Below are positions 27,921 to 41,467 of a stretch of 64,000 bases of DNA, one piece after another (within the stretch, counting starts at the first letter, position 1; each line of letters starts with the position of its first letter). Made by a program: the position numbers and the translations under genes. The stretch is taken from contig CAWJMT010000009.1 in assembly GCA_963844035.1 (NCBI GenBank), positions 81,798 through 145,797 of the forward strand. Reading direction: 5' to 3'. This stretch comes from an uncultured Gemmatimonadales bacterium (GTDB lineage: Bacteria; Gemmatimonadota; Gemmatimonadetes; Gemmatimonadales; GWC2-71-9). The notes beneath the pieces were generated by a model, which worked only from the letters and a program-made list of their open reading frames with translations, did no database searches and had not been told where the DNA came from.

Positions 27921-30298
27921 CAGTCGGGCCGCGACTGCTCGATCAGGTGCCGAAATCGCGGAGTCTCCCGTAAGGGGTCGAAGTCCGGCGCCCGGAGGTA
28001 AAACCACAGGCGTGCGCCGCGGGGGCGGACGCGTTCCAACAGGGCCAGGGCCGCAGCGGAATCTTGCAGGGCGACCAGCGCCCGCGCGACCCACGCTGCA
28101 TCCGCCACGGTCGGGCGTTCCAGGCCAGTGCCATCGCGCAGGATTTCCCGCACCCGCGTGCGAGCGGCGGACGTATCGCCCGCGCGGAGGTCCACCAGGG
28201 CGAGTACGGCTTCGCCGGGACGCTGATACCCGGCGTGAAATCGCACGGCGGTTTCGGCATCGGTGCGCGCTTCGGCCAGATCGCCGGCGCCGAGGCGGAT
28301 CACCGCCCGGAGGACGTATGCGTAGTCGGCGGCTGGATCGAGGGCAAGCGTGCTGTCGAGCCAGCGGCTCGCCGCATGCTCCCGGTTCGTCCGCAGACTC
28401 AGTCGCGCCATGTTGAAGAGCGTGATGGGCCGCGCCGGCTCGATGCCGAGCGCTTGGGCGTACATGCCCTCGGCTGCGGAATCGGCCCCGAGCCAGAGGA
28501 GGGCCATCCCGTACTGGTGATACGCCTCCGCGTTCCGGGGGTCGAGCTCGACGGCGCGCGCCAACGCGGCGCGTACACCGTCGAACGTGCGCGGGTTGCG
28601 GAAACTGAACAGGAACCCCTTGGCCATCCAGGCGTCGGCGCTGCTCGAGTCCGTCGCGAGGGCCCGATCGGCGGCCGCGAAGCCTTCGGAGAGCACCCAC
28701 TCGGACGATCGCGAAGGGAAGGACCATCCCCAGTCCAGAAACAGCGCGTAGCCGAGTGCGATCCGCGCCGAGGCGGCAGCAAACCCGGGGTCGAACCGCA
28801 ACGCCGCTTGATACTCGCCGATGGCGCGTGCGACAGCGCGCGGCGTCCGCTCCGCCAGATAGTAGTTGCCGTGCAGGAAGTGATCGTAGGCGGCCGGCTG
28901 CTGCGTGGGGCGTTGCGCCAGTGCCGAGCGCTCCGCCGGCACGAGCTGGCCGGCGACCGCTCCAGCAACGGCCCGGGTGATGTCGTCCGCGATCGCGAGG
29001 AGGTCTGTCGTCGGTTCGTCGTACTCCTCGCCCCAGTGCCGGATCCCGTCGGATGCACGGACGAGTTCGACGGCGACCCGCAGGCGCGTGCCGGTGCGCC
29101 GCATGCTGCCCGCGACCAGATACGCCACGCCGAGCGCGCGCCCTATGCCTGCGGGGTCGGGGGTCGCGACGCCGCGAAAGCGGCGCACCGCCACGCGCGA
29201 GGTGACCGCCAGACGCGAGATGCGGCCCAGCCGCCCGATGATGTCCTCGGTGAGGCCGTCTGCAAGGTATGAGTCCGCGGTGTCGGCCGACTGGCTTTCG
29301 AAGTACAACACCGCGACGCTGTTGGCGTTCGGCGCGCTCCCCGGCGGTTTCGGCCCTCGCTCGAGTATCCAGCGGACCCCGACCGCGAGCCCCAGCGCTG
29401 CGGCGACGATGGCGATGGTGATGCCGAGCCGCCGGGGCCGCGCTGCCTGCGGTCGCTCGTCGGTCAGCATCCGCACGAACGCTTGAATGGAAGCAGGCCG
29501 GTCCGCCGGGAGCTTGGCGAGTCCCGCTGCCACGGCGCGCTCGACATGCGGCGGCAAGTCGGGCCGCACGGTGCGGATCGGGCGGGGCGGATCGGCGAGC
29601 AAGCGGGCCACCGTAGCCTGGAGATTGGGGCCGGTAAACGGCGGCTCCCCGGCGAGCATTTCGTACAACATCGCCGCCAGGGCGTAGACGTCGCTCCGCG
29701 CATCGATGTCCCGCGCGCCCATGGCCTGCTCGGGGCTCATGTACTCTGCCGTGCCCAATGTCTCGCCGGACCCGGTGGACGATTGGTCGGCCTGCGATTC
29801 GGCGAGGAGCTTGGCGATCCCGAAGTCCGCCACCATCGCGTGACCGTGGGACAGCAGGATGTTGGCGGGCTTCACGTCCCGGTGGAGGATCCCGGAGTCG
29901 TGGGCGTATTGGAGCGCTTCGCCGACCTCAGCCGTGATGCGGATGGCCTGTTCGAGCGAGAGCGGGCCGCCGCGCTCCAGCAGCTGGTGCAGCGACTCGC
30001 CCTCGACGAGCTCCATGACGTAGAACAGCAGTCCGTCCGCTTCGTCGGCTTCGAACAGCGATACGATATTCGGATGGGAGAGCTGCGCCGCGAGCAGGAC
30101 TTCCCGCTGGAAGCGCTCGCTCCCGACGTAGGCCCGCAGTTCGGGCGGCAGCACCTTGATGGCCACCTGGCGTCCGAGCCTGACGTCCGTGGCGCGATAC
30201 ACCGTGGCCATGCCGCCGGCCCCGAGCTCAGGTCCCAGGATGTAGCGGCCCGCCAGCGCGCGGCCCAAGCGGTCGTGCAACAAGGGGTCAGCTGGCAT
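27920..30298 (-). CDS. Ser/Thr protein kinase with TM, TolB-N/FlgO-like and TPR domains
   Basis: LGAGGMATVY, VAIK, HRDVKPANIL, DFG, GTAEYMSPEQ; SVAVLYF..YLADGLTEDII; TPR-like helices (RAVELDPRNAEAY). Confidence 0.92.
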   Translation of the reverse strand: MPADPLLHDRLGRALAGRYILGPELGAGGMATVYRATDVRLGRQVAIKVLPPELRAYVGSERFQREVLLAAQLSHPNIVSLFEADEADGLLFYVMELVEGESLHQLLERGGPLSLEQAIRITAEVGEALQYAHDSGILHRDVKPANILLSHGHAMVADFGIAKLLAESQADQSSTGSGETLGTAEYMSPEQAMGARDIDARSDVYALAAMLYEMLAGEPPFTGPNLQATVARLLADPPRPIRTVRPDLPPHVERAVAAGLAKLPADRPASIQAFVRMLTDERPQAARPRRLGITIAIVAAALGLAVGVRWILERGPKPPGSAPNANSVAVLYFESQSADTADSYLADGLTEDIIGRLGRISRLAVTSRVAVRRFRGVATPDPAGIGRALGVAYLVAGSMRRTGTRLRVAVELVRASDGIRHWGEEYDEPTTDLLAIADDITRAVAGAVAGQLVPAERSALAQRPTQQPAAYDHFLHGNYYLAERTPRAVARAIGEYQAALRFDPGFAAASARIALGYALFLDWGWSFPSRSSEWVLSEGFAAADRALATDSSSADAWMAKGFLFSFRNPRTFDGVRAALARAVELDPRNAEAYHQYGMALLWLGADSAAEGMYAQALGIEPARPITLFNMARLSLRTNREHAASRWLDSTLALDPAADYAYVLRAVIRLGAGDLAEARTDAETAVRFHAGYQRPGEAVLALVDLRAGDTSAARTRVREILRDGTGLERPTVADAAWVARALVALQDSAAALALLERVRPRGARLWFYLRAPDFDPLRETPRFRHLIEQSRPD

Positions 30299-30357
30299 GC
30301 GCCCGACTGTTTCGATCGATCAGCTCGCGTTCTCGCATGCCTTCCCGCCCCGTCGGA

Positions 30358-30702
30358 CTACGGCCGCGGCTCGACTCCCAGGCGCGTCAGCCCCCGGCGC
30401 GCCGCGGCAATATAGGGCTCGAGCTCCTTGTTCGTCCCTGCGCCGACCGCGACGATGAACTTGTAGGCCACGATCGCCGAACCGGCGTCCCCATCTCGCT
30501 CGGCCTGATCGCCGCGCGCCAGCACTTTGTCGAGCGCCTCGGGCGTGCGATAGCTGAGCCCGGGGTCGGCCCGGACCTTCTTGGCGGTATGGTGGAACGT
30601 GGTCGCCCCCCACAATCCCAGGCCCAAGGCGACGATGGCCAAGGCGATCCCGAGTCGCGCCGCGCGCTTCCGGTCGGCCGGCGGCTGGATCACAGGCTCC
30701 AC
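30358..30702 (-). CDS. Hypothetical membrane-anchored protein
   Basis: 114 aa, one hydrophobic segment LGIALAIVALGLGLWG, short helical C-terminus. Confidence 0.55.
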   Translation of the reverse strand: MEPVIQPPADRKRAARLGIALAIVALGLGLWGATTFHHTAKKVRADPGLSYRTPEALDKVLARGDQAERDGDAGSAIVAYKFIVAVGAGTNKELEPYIAAARRGLTRLGVEPRP

Positions 30703-30797
30703 ACGGCCCCCGGAGTTTTCGGGTAGGGTCGAAGCGTCGAAGGACGCGGGGCTGGGTTGAGCCCGGGTTGATGGTGCATCGCTATCGTCTCCTTACC

Positions 30798-31661
30798 ATG
30801 GTAACCGTCTGCACAGTGCTGCCACCACCGGAACGGGCGCGGTTGGACGCGGCTGGGAACGGGTGTTTTACCGCTGTGCATGCCGATTCGTTTCACGACG
30901 TTTTGAGTACCGCGCGGCGGCAGCGGGTGGATGCCTTGGTCATTTCCGTGCACCGCTGCGACGGCATCGAGCTGCCTGCCGTCGCGCGGTTTGTGCATGA
31001 GTTCCCGGCGATCCCGGCCGTCGCCCTGGTATCGCGTCACGATAGCATCGCCACCGAAGCGCTGCTCCGGCTCGGAGCCACCGGCGTGCGAGCCGCGGTG
31101 GACTGCACCGAGCCGGGGGGCTGGCGACGGTTGCGCGAGCTGGTGGGGCATCCGGTTTCGCCGGCAGCGGCGCAGATTCTCGGCCGCGTGCTCCCCGCTC
31201 TCGATCCCGCCTCTGGTGACGCGCGGCTGTTCTTCGAGGCGCTCGCCCGGCTTGCTCCCGTCTTGACCACGGTGCGGGGACTCGCCCGGCATCTGCGCCT
31301 GGGGTCGAGCACGCTGATGTCGAGATTCTACCGCGCCCGGCTGCCGTCGCCGAAGAGCTACCTCGCCGGCATGCGGCTGCTGCATGCGGCCCACCTGTTT
31401 CAGAACCCCGGGCTGTCGGTGGCGGACGTCGCGTATCGGCTGGACTACTCGTCGCCGCAGAGCTTCAGCCGTCACCTCAAAGCCATGCTGGGAGTCACCG
31501 CCGGGGAGTTTCGGCACCGATTTCCCTTTGATCTCGCACTCGCCCGCTTCGTCGACTTGCTCATCATCCCGTACCGGGAGGCCCTGCGCGCGTTACACCC
31601 CCTGAACGCGGGGATTGGGGACCAAGGACCCAACGCGGCTCGCGTCTCCCGGACGGGATAA
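30798..31661 (+). CDS. AraC/XylS family transcriptional regulator
   Basis: TVRGLARHL..S..TL..F, SPKSYL..RL..A..L, SVADVAYRLDYSSPQSFSRHLK..GVT..EFR. Confidence 0.85.
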   Translation: MVTVCTVLPPPERARLDAAGNGCFTAVHADSFHDVLSTARRQRVDALVISVHRCDGIELPAVARFVHEFPAIPAVALVSRHDSIATEALLRLGATGVRAAVDCTEPGGWRRLRELVGHPVSPAAAQILGRVLPALDPASGDARLFFEALARLAPVLTTVRGLARHLRLGSSTLMSRFYRARLPSPKSYLAGMRLLHAAHLFQNPGLSVADVAYRLDYSSPQSFSRHLKAMLGVTAGEFRHRFPFDLALARFVDLLIIPYREALRALHPLNAGIGDQGPNAARVSRTG

Positions 31662-33365
31662 TCAATCAGCGGCCGCCGGGAGTGGGGGCGCTTTGGTCTG
31701 GCCGTCGCGCGACAATACCGAGAACCGTGCAATGCTGGCGCGGAGACGCTCCGCGAGCTGTGCCAGCTGCTGCGACGTCGCCGTGAGGTCGCCCATGGCC
31801 GTGATCTGGGTCTGCGTCGCCGCGGCTGCCCCGTCGGCGCTCTGCGACGACGCCGTCGAGATTGTCGCCACCTGCTGCAGTGACTGCGCCAGCTGGGCGA
31901 GACGCTGGGCCTGGTCGCGCGATACCTCGGCAGTGGCGTTCACCAGCTCGCCGATCAGCTCGACGCCCTGGTGGAGCTCCTGCAGGGCGCCGTCCGCCTC
32001 AGCCGAGACGGCCCCGATGTCGCGCACTTTGGCCTCCCCGGACTGCATGGCGCGGGCGGCGGCATCGATCCCGGTGCGCAACTCCGACACCAGCTCCGCC
32101 ACGTCTCGCGCCGACTTGCCGGCCTGCGCGGCGAGGGCGCGCACTTCGTCCGCTACGACCGCAAACCCCTCGCCGTGCTCCTCGGCACGCGCTGCTTCAA
32201 TGGCGGCGTTGAGGGCCAGCAGGTGTGTCTGGCGCGCGATCCGCGCGATGGTTTGGGCGAACACGCCAATGCGCTCTGACATGCCCGACAGGCCGGCGAC
32301 CGTCGCAGCCGTGGCGCGCACTTCCTCCCCCACCGAGCGCAGAGTCTGGCTGGCCCGAGCCACCCGCTCGCGCCCGCGCTCGGCCGCGGCGACCAGCCGC
32401 GCGGCATCGACCTGCATCAGCTCGGCACGGACGCGCAGCGATTCGGCTTGATCGGCAGTCTTTGCACTTTCGCCCCGCGCAGCGTCCGCCAGGGCCCGCT
32501 GGTTTCCGAGATCGGTGGCGAGATCTTGCGCGGTGTGCGTCACCGCCTCGGACGTGGCGTGCAGCTCTTCGGCTGACGCGGCGAGCTGCTCCGCGAACGC
32601 TGCGACTTCATCCGCTTCGCGCTGCACCGTCGAGATCGTCGTCCCGATCTCCCCGAGCATGCGATTGAAGCTCTTGGCAAGGAATCCCAGCTCGTCCGAC
32701 TCCACGGCGGGCGCCCGGACCGCCAAGTAACCCTGCTCGGCTTCGCCCATGATGCCCCGCGCCTCGCGGATCCGGTCGATCAGCGCCGCGGGAATGCGCT
32801 TCAACCCCATCGCCACCGCGACGAACACCACAGTTTCGAGATACGTCGCCGTCGCGAGTCCCGGATCGCCGCCGTAGAGCAGGTAGTGAAGCTGGCTTGC
32901 CGCCAGATAGGCCAGTGCGGAAATCAGGACGAGGAAGTCGCCCACCGCGTGGCCTTGGTCGAATGCGTAGGGAAGCACGGCGATGAAGAACGCCGCCACC
33001 AGGCCGCCGTGGCCGAACCACACCACCAGGACGCTGACGAGCACCGCGTCGAGCATGGCGAGGGCGTAGACCAGCCACCAGCGATACCAGCCCCGCTCGT
33101 TGACCATGCCGACCAGAGCGTTGAGCAGCGCCGCGCCCCCGCCGACGAGGACCATCGTGCCTGGGCGCGCTTTGACCATGCCGCCGATCCAGCCGAGCAT
33201 TCCGATCAGCACACCCACCACGACCATGACCCAGCGACGGCGGTGCGCCCGGGCGAACGTCTCGAGGTCCTTGAGGCGCTGTTCGACCGCCGCCGTGTCG
33301 TCCGTCCATCCTCGGATGCGGGCGGCGAGCGAGCTACGGGCAGGAAGGGTGCCCGGCCGTGTCAC
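31662..33365 (-). CDS. Methyl-accepting chemotaxis protein with multi-TM N-terminus and HAMP domain
   Basis: [13 protein letters not shown] (HAMP); [37 protein letters not shown] signalling hairpin. Confidence 0.92.
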   Translation of the reverse strand: MTRPGTLPARSSLAARIRGWTDDTAAVEQRLKDLETFARAHRRRWVMVVVGVLIGMLGWIGGMVKARPGTMVLVGGGAALLNALVGMVNERGWYRWWLVYALAMLDAVLVSVLVVWFGHGGLVAAFFIAVLPYAFDQGHAVGDFLVLISALAYLAASQLHYLLYGGDPGLATATYLETVVFVAVAMGLKRIPAALIDRIREARGIMGEAEQGYLAVRAPAVESDELGFLAKSFNRMLGEIGTTISTVQREADEVAAFAEQLAASAEELHATSEAVTHTAQDLATDLGNQRALADAARGESAKTADQAESLRVRAELMQVDAARLVAAAERGRERVARASQTLRSVGEEVRATAATVAGLSGMSERIGVFAQTIARIARQTHLLALNAAIEAARAEEHGEGFAVVADEVRALAAQAGKSARDVAELVSELRTGIDAAARAMQSGEAKVRDIGAVSAEADGALQELHQGVELIGELVNATAEVSRDQAQRLAQLAQSLQQVATISTASSQSADGAAAATQTQITAMGDLTATSQQLAQLAERLRASIARFSVLSRDGQTKAPPLPAAAD

Positions 33366-33445
33366 GGGCGCACCCCAGTCAGCACGTCATGTGGCATCGA
33401 GTCTCTCACGACCATCATACTAGCGTGGCACCCTGCCACAAGCCG

Positions 33446-33997
33446 TCACCCGAGTCCTAAATCCCGGGCGGTCACCATGGACTCGACCTCAAAGCCCGCC
33501 TGCTCGAGGGTCGCGCGGCCTCCCTCTTGGCGGTCGACCACGGTGAGAACGCCGAGGACACGCCCGCCCTCTCCCTCAACCGCGGCAAGTGCCTCTAACG
33601 CCGAGCGCCCCGTCGTGAGCACGTCCTCCACCACGACTACACGGGCGCCACCTGCAAAGCACCCCTCGATGCGCCGTCCCGTGCCATGGTCCTTTGCCTG
33701 CTTGCGAACCGTGAATGCGTTGAGCGCGACCCCCTGTGCGTGAGCCGCCGCCGCGATTGCGTACGCGACGGGATCGGCACCCAGGGTGAGTCCCCCGACT
33801 GCCTCAGGTCGCCAGCCGCGGGCCCCGAGGCACTCCAGTCCGACCCGCCCGATCACGCTGAGTCCCTCCCCCGACATCGTGGTCAGCCGTGCGTCCACGT
33901 AGAAAGCGGACCGTCGTCCTGAGGCCAGAACGAAATCGCCGTGGCGTACGGAGCGCTCGCGGAGTAGCTCGATAAGTCGGTCGCGGCTGCTTTGCAT
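33446..33997 (-). CDS. pyrE: Orotate phosphoribosyltransferase
   Basis: GDFVLASGRRS.FYVD, VRKQAKDHGTGR.IEG, VVVEDVLTTGRS, VVDRQEGG. Confidence 0.95.
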   Translation of the reverse strand: MQSSRDRLIELLRERSVRHGDFVLASGRRSAFYVDARLTTMSGEGLSVIGRVGLECLGARGWRPEAVGGLTLGADPVAYAIAAAAHAQGVALNAFTVRKQAKDHGTGRRIEGCFAGGARVVVVEDVLTTGRSALEALAAVEGEGGRVLGVLTVVDRQEGGRATLEQAGFEVESMVTARDLGLG

Positions 33998-34004
33998 ATC
34001 GTTA

Positions 34005-34027
34005 GTAGTAGTAATAGCTACTACTAC
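34005..34027. repeat. AT-rich trinucleotide palindrome between the kinase stop and the pyrE start
   Basis: GTAGTAGTA-ATAGC-TACTACTAC perfect 9-bp inverted repeat. Confidence 0.7.
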
Positions 34028-34932
34028 ATGATCCCTCGACGGCGACCAAGCTGCTTGAGGCGGTCCAGCAGGCCGGGCTCGGTGGGTGGTGCGGCATCAA
34101 TGGCGGCCACAAACTCGGCGGCGAATTCGGTCACGGTCGGTTGCCGCCGGGCTGGGTCGCGCTCCAGGCCCCGCATCACGGCGGCCTCGAGCGCGGCTGG
34201 GAATTTGAGATCGAGCACCGCCTTCCCGAGCGGCGTCGGGGTTCCCGTAAGCAGCTGGTTGAAGAGGTCGCGCGGTCGCAGGCCGGTGAAGGGGTGCCGC
34301 CCGGTCAACAGGTAGTACGCGATCGTGGCCAGACTGTAGAGATCGGCGCGACCGTCCACCAGCTCTCCTGACAGCGTCTCCGGCGCGACGTACTGCAGCG
34401 TGCCGACGAAGAAGCCGGAGCGCGTCAGCCGGGTTTCGGCCGACAGCTCATCGCGCGCGATCCCGAAGTCGAGCAGTTTGAGCGTGCTGCTGGCCTCGTC
34501 GTACATGATGTTCTCGGGTTTCAGATCGCGATGGATAATACTGACTCGGTGGGCTGCGCCCAGGGCGTCGCCCAGCTGGCGCACGAGGGAGCCGACCAGC
34601 GGCAGCGCCAGGCGTCCCTTTCGCGCCACCACCTCGGCCAGAGACGTCCCTGCCGCCCACTCCAGCGCGAGGTAGTGCTGGCCCTCTTCTTCGCCGTACG
34701 CATACGTGCGCACCACATTCGGATGTTCCACCCGCGCACCGTATCCTGCCTCGCGCAGGAAGCGCGTCACCGCGTTGGGGTCGCTCTTCAGTCGTGGCCG
34801 CAATACCTTGAACGCGCAGACACCGCGTTCGCCATGCTCGGCGCGGTATACCTCGGCCGTTCCCCCCTCACCGATGCGTTCGAGGAGGCGGTACCCGGCG
34901 ATGGTGCGGCCGGTGAGATTCTCGGTTGGCAT
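34024..34932 (-). CDS. Cytoplasmic Ser/Thr protein kinase (catalytic domain only)
   Basis: IGEGGTAEVY, AFKVL, HRDLKPENIM, DFG, GTLQYVAPE, ADLYSL. Confidence 0.9.
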   Translation of the reverse strand: MPTENLTGRTIAGYRLLERIGEGGTAEVYRAEHGERGVCAFKVLRPRLKSDPNAVTRFLREAGYGARVEHPNVVRTYAYGEEEGQHYLALEWAAGTSLAEVVARKGRLALPLVGSLVRQLGDALGAAHRVSIIHRDLKPENIMYDEASSTLKLLDFGIARDELSAETRLTRSGFFVGTLQYVAPETLSGELVDGRADLYSLATIAYYLLTGRHPFTGLRPRDLFNQLLTGTPTPLGKAVLDLKFPAALEAAVMRGLERDPARRQPTVTEFAAEFVAAIDAAPPTEPGLLDRLKQLGRRRGIM

Positions 34933-34948
34933 GGGAATGCGCGAAGCT

Positions 34949-36328
34949 ATGCCTGGACTTCGGGTTGAGCAAGTGAGAGTGCGGTTCGCTCCGGCGATCG
35001 TGGCAGCTGGCATGCTCGCGGCATGCGGTCCGTGGCAACGCGTCGGCAAGGAGGCCCCTCCTCCCACCGCGGTGCCGAAGATCTCTGAGCGGTTCGACGT
35101 GAACGCGATCTACCGCGGGATGGGGTTCGCGGTCGGGGGCCCGCCGCTCCCGTTCGTCGCGTCGCTCCACTTTTTCGCCGGGATGAAAGCGGACTCGACG
35201 CCGGGCGTGTTCGCCCTGTCACTTGCCAACCACGCGCTCAGTTTTCGGCGGGTCGACAGCAGCTTCGCCGCGGTGTACCACGTCGAGCTGGTGGTACGTG
35301 CCGACACCACGGTGGTGTTCCGGAGGGTGGGGGACGAAACCGTGCGCGTGGGGACCTTCCAGGAGACGCTGCGCGTCGACGAAAGCATTGTTTTCCAGCA
35401 GTTCCTCGTGCTGCGTCCTGGGATCTACTCCGCCAGCGTGGTCGTTCGGGACCGCAACGGTCCGGCGTCCTCCGAGTCTCGGATCGTCGACACCGTACCC
35501 CAATTCGTGGGGCCGGGCCTGAGCGAGCCGATCGCGACCTATCAGGGGTCGGGGCGCGCCAGGCTCGACACGGTACCCAATATCGTGGTCAATCCGCGCG
35601 CCACACTTCCTTACGGGGCCGACTCGTTGCGCTTTTACGTCGAGGCCTACGGCCTCCCCGCAGGGACCGTCCTCGCGGCCAAGGTGCTCGATCCCGACTC
35701 CGTGGTGGTGTGGACTGGGACGGCGACCGTCAGCCGATTCGGATTGGCGCTCGCCCGGTTCGTCGTCAGTCCCTCCGACCTGCCGGTCGGCCGGTCGGTC
35801 TTTGAAGTCGAAGCGGTCGGGACCGAGGCGCGCACGGCGACTCCGTTCCTCGTCACCTTCTCGGAGCAGTGGGCGATCGCGAACTTTTCGGAGATGGTGG
35901 ACGTGCTGCGATTTTTCGAGCGGCAGGACCTGGTGGCCAAGTTAAAAGCGGCGCCGCGCGAGCAGCGCGCGGCGGCGTGGCGGGACTTCTACCGCGCGAG
36001 CGATCCGGTCCCCATCACCCCCGAGAACGAGGCGTTGGATCAGTATTTCCATCGGGTCGGGATTGCCAACGTGCGCTTTCCCGAGCCCGGGATTCCGGGC
36101 TGGCGGACCGAGCGCGGTGAGGTGTACATCGCGCTGGGCGAGCCCGAGACGATCAGCGACCTGGCCAACCAGGTCGGAGCGGGTCCGCGCCTGATTGAGT
36201 GGGAGTATATGAGCCTCCGGGTGACGCTCGTCTTTGAAGACGATACGGGCTTTGGGGAGTTTCGCCTCACCCCGCTGTCACGCTCCGAATTTCAACGCGT
36301 GGTCGCGCGCATACGCCGCGGCCAGTGA
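34949..36328 (+). CDS. GWxTD-domain lipoprotein (start uncertain)
   Basis: LAAC lipobox; DPVPITPENE..YF.RV..AN..F..PGWRTERGEVYI.LGEP. Confidence 0.8.
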   Translation: MPGLRVEQVRVRFAPAIVAAGMLAACGPWQRVGKEAPPPTAVPKISERFDVNAIYRGMGFAVGGPPLPFVASLHFFAGMKADSTPGVFALSLANHALSFRRVDSSFAAVYHVELVVRADTTVVFRRVGDETVRVGTFQETLRVDESIVFQQFLVLRPGIYSASVVVRDRNGPASSESRIVDTVPQFVGPGLSEPIATYQGSGRARLDTVPNIVVNPRATLPYGADSLRFYVEAYGLPAGTVLAAKVLDPDSVVVWTGTATVSRFGLALARFVVSPSDLPVGRSVFEVEAVGTEARTATPFLVTFSEQWAIANFSEMVDVLRFFERQDLVAKLKAAPREQRAAAWRDFYRASDPVPITPENEALDQYFHRVGIANVRFPEPGIPGWRTERGEVYIALGEPETISDLANQVGAGPRLIEWEYMSLRVTLVFEDDTGFGEFRLTPLSRSEFQRVVARIRRGQ

Positions 36329-38564
36329 GGGTCGTTCCCGCCGCGCTGTTCCTGGTGGCAGCCGGAGCAGCCGCCGCCGTATGCCCAGACCCCCGTCCGC
36401 GTCAATGACCGCGAGAGTGTTGCCGCGGCCGACTCGCTGCGGCGAGCGGGGCGTCCCTGGCACGCGGCGGAGCTGCTCCTGGCGGCGACGGCGCACGACC
36501 CCAACCCGAACGCGCAGTTCATCGTCGAGGGCGCGGCTGCCGAGCTTGGCGCGAAGCGCTATGAGCGCGCCCGCCGTTTCCTGGTCGGGCGTTCGTGGCT
36601 GGAGGACTACGAGGGCGGAGTGGCGTTGGCGGTGCTGGGTGCCGCGGAAGCCAAGCTCGGAATGTTCGAGCAGGCGGCGACCCATTTTGCCGCGGCGCGC
36701 AGGCGCGCGATCGGATCCAACGCCGCGCTCTGGGCCGTGCATGAAGGCCTCGCGTGGGAGCGGCTCGGCCAGCGGGATTCGGCGGCGAGCGCGTTTGCGG
36801 CAGCGCAGCGCGCGGGGTTGCCGACCATCGCCCCGTGGCTCCGGCTCCGCGAGGCGCGGGTCGTCAGCGATACGGCGCGAGCGGCACGGCTGCTCGCGGA
36901 CCTGCCCGCCGCCCGCGACGCGGGACGCTCCGGCCGCGTGGGCGCTGGTGCTGCTCGCGACGGGGGACTCGCTCGCCGCGCTCGAGCGCTTGGTACAAGG
37001 CGGCCGGTCGCTCGATGAGGGTCGCCTCGCGTTGCAGCTGCGCGACTCGGCCCGGGCGCGGAGTGCCATCTACGCGCTGATGGCCCGGGCACCCGAGTCC
37101 GACGATGCGGCGGCGGCGGTCGGGGTGGCGCTGGCGGCCCTCCCGCCGCGCGTGCCCGCCGAGCGGGTCGCCCTGGCCCGGGCGATGAAGTCCCACGGAG
37201 CCGCGGTCGACGCCAGCACGCAGGTGGCGCGGGCGGTGCAGGGGGGAGATTCGAGCGCCGCGACGCTACTCCTGCTTGGCGAGCTGCTCACGACTGCGGG
37301 CCGCTACCGTGAAGCCGCGCAGGCCTATCAGGCCGCGGCGCGCGACTCCGCGCTCGGCGCGCTCGCGACCTATCGCCGGGCACGCGTGCTGTCGCGGTCG
37401 GGTGCCCCCGGCGCCGCTGACGCGCTCTCGGCATTTGCGAAAGGCTACCCCGGCGACAGCGCCGCGCCGACCGCGCTCTACGTGTTGGGCGATGGTGCGG
37501 CCGACCGCGCCGATTGGGTCGGCGCAGCGCGCTGGTTCGGCGCGCTGGTCGAGCGCTATCCGGCCGACCCAAGGTCCTCGCAAGCCCGGTTTCGCCTGGC
37601 CGCCCATGCCACGGACCAGGGACAGGTCGACAGCGCCGTCGCGCTGTATCGGGCTGAAGTTGCTGCCGGCGCCCCGCAGCGACTCGCGGCGCGGTTCTGG
37701 CTGGGGAAGATCGCGCGCGCGCGCGCCGATACGGCGACGGCGCAGACGCTCTGGACCGCGTTGGCGCAGGACGATTCGATCGGGTATTACGGCCTGCGAG
37801 CCCGCGGTGCGGCGCGGCTTGGCGCCGTTGGCCATCGCGGTACCGCCGGACCCGCCGGCGGTGCCGGCCGTCGCTCAGGGCCTCGCGCGCATCGACACGC
37901 TCGTCCTGGCGGGCCTGGACTCAGCGGCTCAGTCGGAAGTGCGGTACCTGCTGGGGCACCCACCCGCAGACCTCGAGTCGCTGCTCAGCTGGAGCGAGGG
38001 GCTCGCCGCGCGAGGCTGGGGTCCGGCCGGCGTTCGGCTGGCCTGGCTCGCCGCGATCCGCTCACCCAACGATCCGCGCGTGCTGCGCGCCATCTTCCCC
38101 TGGCCGAACCGCAGCGCGGTGGAAGCCGAGGCGAAGGAATTCGGCATCGATCGGCTGCTCCTGGTCGCGATCGTGCGGCAGGAAAGCACCTTCGATCCGC
38201 AGGCGCTCTCCCCCGCGGGCGCGCGCGGCCTGGCGCAGCTGCTACCGGGAACCGCCGCGTTCACGGCCCGGGGGCTCGACGTTTCCTTCGATGCCGATTG
38301 GATCACGGTTCCGGACTTGAACCTGCATCTCGGCGCGGCGCACTTCGCCGAGCTGCTGCGCCGCTACAACGGTCGCGTGGAGCCGGCGGTCGCGGCCTAC
38401 AACGCCGGCTCGCGGCCCGTGACGCGCTGGCTCAGCCGCGCCGGAGCCGACGACCCGGACCAGTTCATCGAGCGGATCCCCTACGCGGAGACGCGCGGCT
38501 ACGTCCGATCGGTGTTGCGCAACCGCGACCTGTATCGGGCGATGTACGAAGCCCCGGGCGATTG

Positions 38565-38565
<1 letters not shown>
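36325..38565 (+). CDS. Soluble lytic murein transglycosylase with TPR repeats; several apparent frameshifts
   Basis: GTGA overlap; TPR-like helices; AIVRQESTFDPQALSPAGARGLAQL, AAYNAG, IPYAETRGYV. Confidence 0.85.
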
Positions 38566-41393
<2,828 letters not shown>

Positions 41394-41467
41394 GCACGGC
41401 TCTTGCTCGAACTACCCCTGGTACCCACTATTGGGGCACCGCCCTTTCGCGCGTTGGAGGTTCTAAG

